Shown one piece after another: positions 19,503-28,184 of a stretch of DNA of 64,000 nt; within the stretch, counting starts at the first letter, position 1; every line of letters begins with the position of its first letter. Below the pieces are notes generated by a model. The model made no database searches. It had not been told where the DNA came from and was given only the letters and a program-made list of their open reading frames with translations. The stretch is from the NCBI GenBank assembly GCA_000004985.1, contig GG738868.1, one strand, 5' to 3'. A program made the translations under genes and the position numbers. The DNA is from Naegleria gruberi. Taxonomy: Eukaryota.

Positions 19503-22500
19503 CTAATCAGAGTCTGTACTTGCATCTCCATAATCATCTTCCTCTTCAACCTTCATAGTTTCTTCTTCCTCAGGATCACTATCACCATTGTCATCAATAT
19601 TGTCTTCCTCCTCTTCTTCATTCTCCTCATCACTGTCAAAATCAACTCTTTTTTTAGCCTTATAATTAATCAGAGAAGGATTCATTGAAGAGGTATATCC
19701 AAAACAGAATACTTGAAAACCACCAACTCCATTCAACAACATTTGAGTTTTTTCACAAATTTCCAATTCACACCATCCTCTTTCAGCTGCCTCCTTCTTT
19801 GTTGGAGTTGGATTTTTCTTTCCTGGATTGGCACTAACTGTGAGTAAGGTTTCCTTTCTCAATTGATTTTCTGGTTCTTCCCAAAAGTCATCTGAGCTAA
19901 TTGGTAAAATACCTTCCATAGAAGGTAAGAAATAAGTATTCACAGCAGAAGTCAAATAGGAAATAGTATGGGTTGGTCTCTTGAGATTATGAATCTTGTT
20001 TTTCAAACTATCATTCACTTGATAGTTCCACATAGCTACTCTTCCAATATGTTTCTTATTGTCAAATATGGATTCCAACTGTTCAACCAAAAATCTTGCA
20101 ATTTGAATGTCAGGATTGTTGAGTTGAATTTCTTTCAATAATTCAATAAATTGTTGAGGATTGTGAATTATTAATTTAAGAGTTGATTCTGAGGATACTT
20201 CATTAGTAATTTCTGTTATTCTACTATTATACTTTTTTCTTGATGGACCTTTGATCGATTTGATATATTCATCCAAAATGTCCAACAAGTGAAATCGTCC
20301 ATTTCCCAATTCTTCAATGATTTGATCAGTCAAATTGTATTTTAACTTGAGTATTTTCAAGCAATTAGCTGCAAACTCCGGTTCCAGTAGAATTTCTTTC
20401 AACTTTGCAAATCTAACCCTAGAAACGTTTGGATTAAATAGCTCAGTATGTAAAACTTTTTCCATAAATTGTAAACTTCTGAGCATTGATGTTTCATGTG
20501 AAACAAACAATTTTTGTTGTCTACTATATTCATAAAATTCTAAAATGTCATCTTGAATAATATGAATGCATTCAAGTTTAAGAAATTGACCAATTGCCAA
20601 AATTGAGGAATGAACAATGCCAGGTCCAAGAGGCATATTAGATTCCAAAACAATAAAATTGTAGTCATCCACTCTATTTCCATTAGATATAATCCATTTC
20701 TTATATCTATTGATATATTTTGATTCTGTTACAATGGTTACACAATTTGGAATTGAATCTGAATGCAGCTTCTTCACGAAATTAGAATAGAGATAAGGTT
20801 TCCAAAATTTTCCTCTTGGTCTTGATTTGATAAATAGAGGTTTCAATCCATCACTAGTGAGCGTTGAAATCTGTTTCAGTTTAGTCAAAAAGCTTTCTTC
20901 ATTATAGGAAATTTCTAGAATTTCATCATCTCTATTAAACTTGACCAATATTTCGTTATCATTCGAATAGTTTCTATCCATTACTTTAACAGGAATTGTG
21001 TATCTATCTCTCTTCTCGAATTTGAATTTCAACAAGGCATCGTTATGTGAGCAAAATGATTTTTGTTTTTCTTGCTTTTTTGCTTTCTTCTTTTCCTTCT
21101 TCTTCTTTTCCTTCTTTTCAGGGACAGGAGGTCTTAAATCAGTTACACTTTCAGATTCTTTATCTGGAAGATCTAATTTACATTCTTCCAATCTTTGTGG
21201 GAATGGATATTTGTCTTCAATGATTACCTCACCAATTGATGATTTCTTATTTTGGTACTTTGTCAATAGTTGTTTAACATTTTTGTGTAAACCAAAACTC
21301 AATTCTTCCCATGATTGGACAGTTTCCTCAAATTGAACACTAAAATCATGTTCAAAATCTTCCACTGCTTGCACAATATCTAGAATTATCTTTTCCTTTG
21401 ATTTGTCCTTTTCCTCAAAATTTGGATTCAAAGAATAGCACAAAGACTGGACCCACTCTAATGGAATGATAGTATCACTTCTCAGGTATGATTCTTGCAA
21501 AATAGATGTTAATTTGGCTTGGAATCTTTTAGTAAGAGTGTTGAAACAACTTAAAAAGCTCTCTAATTTTAAAAAAAACCCACTGTTAAAATACCCAAAG
21601 CATTGCTTCCACCTCTTGATTCTCTGTGGTACTTTCAATTGGTTTAGTTTCTTTTGTTTTGTTTTTTTCAATTCAGGTACAATTTCTTTCCTTTGAAAAC
21701 CTAATACAATAGGATTGGTGTAATAGGATGAAAACTTCTTTACGAAAGAATCTATTGTCTTTTCTTTTAAGGCATCCACATCAGGTATATTTTCTTTCAA
21801 TCCATCAATAACACTTTGCAATTTCTTCTGAATTTTCTGGATACATGACTTCAATTCTTTCACGAACTTTAATGGAAACTTTTGTACTTTCTTAATAGTT
21901 GTATTAGACAGTACAACAATAGCCATGTCTCTTAATTGACTAATATTGTTTGATATAATCTTTTTTCTATTGTTTTCAATAATTGATTGTAAATTGGAAA
22001 CAAAGTGATCTCTCATTTCAACGTTGTTAGGTGGTGGAAAACAAACTAAATCAAAATTATCATATAATCCCTTTACAAAATCATACTTGTTTTCCATATC
22101 AATTTCATTGGTATTGATATTATTGGCTTCTAATTCCAAGTCGAAAGGGACATCATCTAGCTCACAATCGAAATGAAAAGCAAGTTGCTTTCCATATGAT
22201 TCTTTCATGGGTTTGAAAACGTTTTTTGTCATAACCTCATTCTTGTAGCTCTCCTCATTCATTACCTTATTATTAGCTAAGATTGCAATGTAAGGTTGAT
22301 GGGTTTGTTGTGGTTGATGGATACCATAATCCCACACCTTTTGTACAATACCATCATCAAGAATGATCCTTTCATTTTCAATACCACACAATAACAAGCA
22401 GGTGTCATATAAACTTTCTCTTATCAAATGCTTGTAGGATACATTTTCATGGACATTTACTGGATCAGTAGTTTGCTTTTCATCATATCCAGGCATATCT

Positions 22501-23243
22501 CTGAGAATTATTTTGCTCCTTTGAAGGAACTTGGAAGGGATTTTCAAGATTAACTTCTTAATATGGACTTTCTTAAAGTTGGTGTCAGCATCAAACTCTA
22601 AAATCTTGTTACGTGCTTTAGTGGCCAGAAATTCATAAAGTTCCTCTTCAGAATTTCCATTGTCAATAATATAATTTGATTGATTGTCAATTTCACAATC
22701 TTTCAAAGTATCAGTAGCAAGTTGTTCAACTTTCCTTGCACACAACTCTTGTTGTGAACAATACTGAACAGTCAAACTGTAAGTTGGTGAATACTCAACA
22801 TCAACAACTGTACGTGTCAAACCCTTTCCAAACTGAACAGCAGAAGGAAGAGGAGCATTAGTCATTTTGAAATCAGACAACAATTGATCAATGATGAAGG
22901 ATTTACCATATCCTGGCTTACAAAACAGGGTAACCACAACTTTGCCCCGAAAATCCTTGATGATTCCCTCCATAGACTCTAAATGTTCAGAACACATTGT
23001 CCTAATGGATCCCTTCTTATTGGAACCGTTTAAATGTTCCTTGTAGAATGTTTTAACCTTATCAAAATCCTCAGTTTCTGTCTTCATTTGTTTATCCTCC
23101 TGCTGTTCATTGCCATTCTCTGGTGATGGGTCCATTTTGATTTTCTTGGGTGCTTGTTCTGTAGATGATGAAGCAGTTGCAGCAGCAGCAGCAGTAGCAG
23201 TAGTAGCACTCGGAGAGTGAGTAATCTTTCTCTTTCGAAGCAT
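19503..23243 (-). CDS. Large (1246 aa) TRAFAC-type GTPase of a septin/AIG1(GIMAP)-like 'DMPG' family, with a poly-Ala/Thr N-terminus and an acidic C-terminal tail.
   Basis: True ATG at 23241-23243. G1 is 'LFCKPGYGKSFIIDQLLS', a G2-like segment is 'GLTRTVVDVE', and G3 is 'ILRDMPGYDEK' (hhhD.PG, as in septin DTPGFG or GIMAP DTPGLFD). The C-terminus '…DSDEENEEEEEDNIDDNGDSDPEEEETMKVEEEDDYGD' is strongly acidic. Confidence 0.6.
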   Translation of the reverse strand: MLRKRKITHSPSATTATAAAAATASSSTEQAPKKIKMDPSPENGNEQQEDKQMKTETEDFDKVKTFYKEHLNGSNKKGSIRTMCSEHLESMEGIIKDFRGKVVVTLFCKPGYGKSFIIDQLLSDFKMTNAPLPSAVQFGKGLTRTVVDVEYSPTYSLTVQYCSQQELCARKVEQLATDTLKDCEIDNQSNYIIDNGNSEEELYEFLATKARNKILEFDADTNFKKVHIKKLILKIPSKFLQRSKIILRDMPGYDEKQTTDPVNVHENVSYKHLIRESLYDTCLLLCGIENERIILDDGIVQKVWDYGIHQPQQTHQPYIAILANNKVMNEESYKNEVMTKNVFKPMKESYGKQLAFHFDCELDDVPFDLELEANNINTNEIDMENKYDFVKGLYDNFDLVCFPPPNNVEMRDHFVSNLQSIIENNRKKIISNNISQLRDMAIVVLSNTTIKKVQKFPLKFVKELKSCIQKIQKKLQSVIDGLKENIPDVDALKEKTIDSFVKKFSSYYTNPIVLGFQRKEIVPELKKTKQKKLNQLKVPQRIKRWKQCFGYFNSGFFLKLESFLSCFNTLTKRFQAKLTSILQESYLRSDTIIPLEWVQSLCYSLNPNFEEKDKSKEKIILDIVQAVEDFEHDFSVQFEETVQSWEELSFGLHKNVKQLLTKYQNKKSSIGEVIIEDKYPFPQRLEECKLDLPDKESESVTDLRPPVPEKKEKKKKEKKKAKKQEKQKSFCSHNDALLKFKFEKRDRYTIPVKVMDRNYSNDNEILVKFNRDDEILEISYNEESFLTKLKQISTLTSDGLKPLFIKSRPRGKFWKPYLYSNFVKKLHSDSIPNCVTIVTESKYINRYKKWIISNGNRVDDYNFIVLESNMPLGPGIVHSSILAIGQFLKLECIHIIQDDILEFYEYSRQQKLFVSHETSMLRSLQFMEKVLHTELFNPNVSRVRFAKLKEILLEPEFAANCLKILKLKYNLTDQIIEELGNGRFHLLDILDEYIKSIKGPSRKKYNSRITEITNEVSSESTLKLIIHNPQQFIELLKEIQLNNPDIQIARFLVEQLESIFDNKKHIGRVAMWNYQVNDSLKNKIHNLKRPTHTISYLTSAVNTYFLPSMEGILPISSDDFWEEPENQLRKETLLTVSANPGKKNPTPTKKEAAERGWCELEICEKTQMLLNGVGGFQVFCFGYTSSMNPSLINYKAKKRVDFDSDEENEEEEEDNIDDNGDSDPEEEETMKVEEEDDYGDASTDSD

Positions 23244-23847
23244 TTTTTTTGTGGTTATTTTAAACTATGACGAAGAGTCCCAGCAAGAAATAGAAATTCG
23301 GAAATTAGAAATTTTGTCCGGAAAACAAATACAGAACAAACCTTTTTGTTTGCATGCAAATAGTGATTGAAACATTACAATTAAAGTTGAAGTTCCGACT
23401 GTAAATTGTTCTGAGAACAAGAATTCTAGTATGTAATTTAAATATTCATGAAAAAGCAATTCGTTGAAATTTGTAAAAGCTGGTTAATTTTGCACAAAAC
23501 ATTATTAAAATTGGAATAATATTATTCGTCAGCACACAACTTGATTAGTTTTGTATCTGTGATACGCTAGTAAATGTCATCGCGAACACAAGCTATAATT
23601 TTTACTAGTTCTGATTTTTTGAAAGGTATTTTGTTTATTTACAATTTCTCAGTTAGTTACCATGACGATTTACAATTTCTGATTTCAGTTACCATTTATT
23701 CTTTTACAAAGTTGATTCAAAAAGCTTGTCTTGCAACTTTTTTTCCAGATATTCAAGTTCTTATAAATCTCAGCAAGAGGTGCTGCTGCTTCTAAATCAA
23801 AAAAAGTAGAGTTGGAATAAAGAGTTGTTTATTTTGGAATTGTTCAA

Positions 23848-25146
23848 TTAATCATGAGACTTTTCATAATTATTATTTTTCTTAATAATTTGAATGGTAC
23901 TAGTTTGGGCCGAGGAAATTTTAGCATGTGCTACCTCAACCAACTTCAAAAGTAATTTCAAATGCATGTATTCGAAAATCTTGACAATTTCCTCATTTTT
24001 ACATTGGAATTTGGAAATGAATGGAATTGGATAGTCAGCAGAAACGATATTCTCAAAGTTTCCATCGCCCGTCTCTAAAATATCCCATTCATAGAACAAT
24101 TTCAATACATTGGCTTTGGTGATTTCAATTGGAACTTCATCTTGAGTTCTCATATCAAGTATTGGAACACTCTTCTCAATGTAATCTCTGAAAATGGAAT
24201 GGCCATCAATTTTAGAGTAGCAATAAATGCACGAGGTGGAGAATTCAGAGGAAATATAGGATGGAATCGATGTATAATAGTCAAGCATGGTTTCCTTAGT
24301 TTTAGATTCTGTTGAGAACATGGTTGGATTGTTAATAGGAATTGGAACAAACACAGCATGAGGAGCATCAAATTCTTGTGCAACTTGTTCAAAAACTGTC
24401 TTGAATAAATATTCAGAAAATTCAAACTTCTCAATGAGTTGCTTTTCGTTATCGAATTTGAAAAATCCTGGCATATCTTGAAGATAGATCTTTTCAAATT
24501 TTTCGACATCATCAATTGGGATCTTGGATACATCCTTAGTGAATGAATTGAGATAGTCTTTGGACGGATTTTTAGCATCAGAGAGGATCTTGTAGGCCAT
24601 TTCCATGAAACTTGCACTACCTTCCTTAAATGGAACTCGTTTTGATTTGAGTGTTTTAAGAATTCTATTCAAGATGGTTGATTTTCCACCAGATGCAATG
24701 GAGACACCAGCCAAAGTGATTTGATTATCACCAATCATCTCCAATTGAGTAATAATCTGTTCCTTCAGCATTTCACAATTAAAATCAATGTGTAACAGTT
24801 CTGTTGTTTCCTTTTTGAGAGATTGTACCATTACATTTTCAACTGAGTGAACTACTATTCCATCCAAAGTTTCAATTCTTGCATTGAACAGAATATTTTC
24901 TGGAACAATAATAGAACATCTAGCTTCCTTGGTTTCTTGATCATAACCATCTCCTGCCACAAAGAGCTTTTTTACAATTTTCTTATCGAGATAGCTTACA
25001 ACTACTTTGAAAGCTGTGTGGGCAGTTTCATTCACGATAGTGTTAAACTTGAATTGAAATATAACCTTGGCTAATCTGGTAATATGATGTGAAGGGTTGA
25101 ATCTTGGTGGTGTAACTTTGGTTTCGGCTGAGTATTGGTTTCCCAT
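23848..25146 (-). CDS. Small (432 aa) paralogous TRAFAC-type 'DMPG' GTPase. It is predicted to be N-myristoylated (MGNQYS).
   Basis: True ATG at 25144-25146. G1 is 'GVSIASGGKSTILNRILKTL' (compare septin GESGLGKSTLIN) and G3 is 'IYLQDMPGFFKF'. It shares the P-loop plus DMPG[FY] arrangement with the 1246-aa neighbour. Confidence 0.6.
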   Translation of the reverse strand: MGNQYSAETKVTPPRFNPSHHITRLAKVIFQFKFNTIVNETAHTAFKVVVSYLDKKIVKKLFVAGDGYDQETKEARCSIIVPENILFNARIETLDGIVVHSVENVMVQSLKKETTELLHIDFNCEMLKEQIITQLEMIGDNQITLAGVSIASGGKSTILNRILKTLKSKRVPFKEGSASFMEMAYKILSDAKNPSKDYLNSFTKDVSKIPIDDVEKFEKIYLQDMPGFFKFDNEKQLIEKFEFSEYLFKTVFEQVAQEFDAPHAVFVPIPINNPTMFSTESKTKETMLDYYTSIPSYISSEFSTSCIYCYSKIDGHSIFRDYIEKSVPILDMRTQDEVPIEITKANVLKLFYEWDILETGDGNFENIVSADYPIPFISKFQCKNEEIVKIFEYMHLKLLLKLVEVAHAKISSAQTSTIQIIKKNNNYEKSHD

Positions 25147-25378
25147 CTTGTATTTTTTTAATGTTTTGAGTTTTGTTTTTGAATGTCAAAACGTGTTGCT
25201 ATTTAAATGAAAATCATGATATTCGAAACGTGAAGTGCTTCTGATTGGATGGTGGTTGTAAACTTCAATACGAAATGGATTCCTTCTTATTCAATGCAAA
25301 TTTAAAAATACTTTCACGTTTGATTAAATTTGAAAATATATTAAGGGAAAAACTGTAGATATATCAGCTTACTAAGCA

Positions 25379-25500
25379 GAACAAGCTTGGCATTAATGTT
25401 AGTTGGAAAAACTTTTGTCAATTTGCTCAAAATTGATAAATAAGAGGAAAGGAAAATACACAAAGCACTCGAATAAATCATGATTGCTCCTACCATAATT
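25379..25500 (+). repeat. 122-bp intergenic copy (about 93% identity) of GAA1 coding sequence (10094..10215), in the same plus-strand orientation. It is a gene-fragment duplication.
   Basis: Direct alignment: 'gaacaagcttggca(t/a)taatgttagttggaaaaact(t/g)ttgtcaa…aaaattgataaataagaggaaaggaaaatacacaa(a/g)gcactcgaataaatcatgattgctcctaccataatt' in both places. The flanks are unrelated. Confidence 0.7.
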
Positions 25501-25526
25501 TTATTGATATTAAATAGTTAATTTTT

Positions 25527-26261
25527 TTATTGAGATGATTGCCTTAATATTTCATTTGCCTTATTTGAAATTTCATAATCTCCAAATCCTTTAATTGCTA
25601 TATATGGAAAATCAGAAGAAATACCATATTTAACTAGCAATATATCAGCTCCATTTGCATGTTCGCTATTTAGTTTTTTCGCACTTCTTGTTGGTTCAAA
25701 AGCAATTTGTCTCATTTTGACCTTTTTTTTAAGTTCACTTATCTTGAAAATCGTTTGAATTTTCTCATCCAATTTGGAATGATTGCAATTATATCCCAAA
25801 TAATACAAATTCTTAATTACTATTGATTCAGTTTCCCTCATAGCTTCGTTTACAGGTGTTTCTTGCGTTTTCTCTACATTCTTCTGATTTTCTTCATCAT
25901 CAGTTTCCTTTCCATGTGTTTCACCATTTTTCTTGACATTCTTCAATTTAGATTCGTCCACATATTCCTGAATTGGTACAATAGCAGCAGAACTTGTCGA
26001 ATGATCAACGCTCATCGTATTATAGTTGGTATTTTGATTTTCCTTATTGAATTCTTTTGATTCTTCATCCACTTGACTAGGATTTCTACACAATTTACCA
26101 ACTACAAGTGCAGGTTGATTGAAAACCAACAATGCCATCAACATCATTTGTAAATAAACAATATATGGAAGTAAGCCAACCAATAAGAAACCCAAAAAGA
26201 AGGCAACAAGTACATTTCGTTGATCCAAACATGTCTGAAAAAGATAGAGTGGTAGAAACAT
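25527..26261 (-). CDS. Single-pass membrane protein A (244 aa): an N-terminal TM, a low-complexity linker and a conserved 100-aa C-terminal domain of unknown family.
   Basis: True ATG at 26259-26261. The TM segment is 'VLVAFFLGFLLVGLLPYIVYLQMMLMALLV'. The C-terminal domain is 'SIVIKNLYYLGYNCNHSKLDEKIQTIFKISELKKKVKMRQIAFEPTRSAKKLNSEHANGADILLV…FPYIAIKGFGDYEISNKANEILRQS'. Confidence 0.55.
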   Translation of the reverse strand: MFLPLYLFQTCLDQRNVLVAFFLGFLLVGLLPYIVYLQMMLMALLVFNQPALVVGKLCRNPSQVDEESKEFNKENQNTNYNTMSVDHSTSSAAIVPIQEYVDESKLKNVKKNGETHGKETDDEENQKNVEKTQETPVNEAMRETESIVIKNLYYLGYNCNHSKLDEKIQTIFKISELKKKVKMRQIAFEPTRSAKKLNSEHANGADILLVKYGISSDFPYIAIKGFGDYEISNKANEILRQSSQ

Positions 26262-26649
26262 GATCTATTGTAAGTTAAAGAGAAATAATGAACTGGCCTT
26301 CTCATTGAGAAGAATTTGCTTGAATAATTTCCATTTTCCAGTTTCTGATGTTTCGTCGGCCATAGAATCGGCCCTTTTCACAAAACACAACATGATTGGG
26401 AAGAGATTGGCCAATAAACAAAGTAGGAAATGTGAGAAACCATATTGTTGAGTGGTTCTGAAGGAAAGTGTCTCAAGTTTCGTATAGGTCATCATACGAG
26501 AATATAACTTTAATTTTTTTCAATACCTCTCTTCCAAACGTGATTCAAATATTTTGATTTATTTTCATACCTTTCTTCCAAACGTGATTTTGAAAAACGT
26601 GTAAGTTTACAATCCACCAGTATTCGAAACGTGATTCACTTTAAAAAAA

Positions 26650-27339
26650 ATGCTCAAATTTATTAGTGGAGTTGTTTGTGGAAGTGGAATTACAACACTA
26701 GCCCAGTTCTATGTATCGTCAACCAAATTAGAGAGTCCACCAGGCAGTGAAATTTCACAAGTTGAACCTTTACATGTTGTGATGAATGATTCAACTCCAT
26801 CACCCAGTCATTCATTGGCAATTCCAAGTACGGATTCATCTCTAAATGTTATAGGATTGACTTTGGGAGGAAATTTTGTTTTGATTTGGGTGGTGTTGTG
26901 GGAAGTGGGTAAAATCTTATTTGGTAAGAAGAACGAGAAAAGGGAAATGAGAAAGGAAGAAGCTCAACAAGACGAAACAACAAAACTGAATAATTCTGAA
27001 GGAAAAATTGAAACTGAATCAAGTATCATTAAGAATTTGTATTATTTGGGATATAATTGCAATCATTCCAAATTGGATGAGAAAATTCAACAGATTCTCA
27101 ATACTAATCAACTTGAAAAAAAGGTCAAAATGAGACAAATTGCTTTTGAATCAACGAGAAGTTTGAAAAAGCCAACAAGTGAACATGCGAATGGAGCTGA
27201 TATATTGCTAATTCCTTCTGGAGATTGTCTTTTTATGGATATTCCATATATAGCAATGAAAGGATTTGGAGAATATGAAATTTCAAATAAGGCTATTGAA
27301 TTATTGAAACAATCTGTACAAATAAATTCAAATTATTGA
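26650..27339 (+). CDS. Single-pass membrane protein B (229 aa), an inverted head-to-head paralogue of protein A with the same C-terminal domain.
   Basis: The C-terminal domain is 'SSIIKNLYYLGYNCNHSKLDEKIQQILNTNQLEKKVKMRQIAFESTRSLKKPTSEHANGADILLI…IPYIAMKGFGEYEISNKAIELLKQS', about 70% identical to A over 100 aa. The TM segment is 'LTLGGNFVLIWVVLWEVGKILF'. The two start codons are 388 bp apart. Confidence 0.55.
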   Translation: MLKFISGVVCGSGITTLAQFYVSSTKLESPPGSEISQVEPLHVVMNDSTPSPSHSLAIPSTDSSLNVIGLTLGGNFVLIWVVLWEVGKILFGKKNEKREMRKEEAQQDETTKLNNSEGKIETESSIIKNLYYLGYNCNHSKLDEKIQQILNTNQLEKKVKMRQIAFESTRSLKKPTSEHANGADILLIPSGDCLFMDIPYIAMKGFGEYEISNKAIELLKQSVQINSNY

Positions 27340-28184
27340 AGATTATTCTGGGATGAACACAAAAAACGAGTAAAGCATGTTAATGGTGGAAGATTGATGA
27401 TGGAAATGGCTTTATATAATAAGGATGAGGTATTAAGCCATTTTTTGATATTGTTCAACAGTAATAGTTTTCTCTCGTTTATCGGAGCCGGACAGATATT
27501 AATGTCATTGAATTTTATTAAGGATTCCCACATGAAAACACTAACTCATGTTAATTGCTGACTGCTGACGAATATATCAGCAGGTTCCATCATCACATGG
27601 ACATTCACATAAGAACATGTCGTATTAATTGATGATACAACCAGTGAAGTGTTATGGTTGTTAGACGTAAAAAAGATTAACATAGAAAATTCATCTTCTT
27701 TATCTTCTAATTGAATTCATTCTTTGAATATTATTCATATTGGTTTGTTGTATTCTTTGCATGGTCTGATTATGTGTACGAATATTATTCATATGAGTTC
27801 TATGATTACTTTCATTGGTTCTTCTGATGGTTTCATTGGTTCTCCTGATAGTTTCTTGGGTTATTTAATTACTTTGAGAGAACAGCCAAGTCACAAAGCA
27901 TGGACACAACAAACCAGGTGCTTTTGGAACTTGTGACACTATTCATCAAACTTTAATTTGAGTGAGTTACTAAACTTTATCTTCACATTTATCGGAAACA
28001 GTGCAACCAACCAAACAATTGGATTTGTGCAAGTATTGTAAAGTGCGTATCCAAAACCAAGTTGACCAATAGAAGGACAACCAGGTTCTTCCGATGTTAC
28101 AATCACTAGTTTTGAAGATTACATTTCGCGACTCATAAATCGCCTTCAAAGCTGAATAAGGGAAAATTGTTTCTTTCAAAAAAA

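Larger units (their letters stand above)
25189..26633. promoter_or_regulatory. Cluster of seven copies of the heptamer AAACGTG in the promoters of GTPase-2, TM gene A and TM gene B. Copies are at 25189, 25226, 25315 (minus strand), 26536, 26580, 26595 and 26627.
   Basis: Each copy was located by direct reading (tcaAAACGTGttg; tcgAAACGTGaag; ttcaCGTTTgatt; ccAAACGTGattc twice; aaAAACGTGtaag; cgAAACGTGattc). A CCAAT-like 'ctgattgg' lies at 25241-25248. CG-containing heptamers are rare in this AT-rich intergenic DNA. Confidence 0.35.

Noticed and set aside
24150-24617. 155-aa minus-strand ORF nested in GTPase-2
   Set aside because: It is in an alternative frame of the same strand, inside the longer 432-aa ORF that carries the GTPase motifs. 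It is a typical overlapping-frame artefact.
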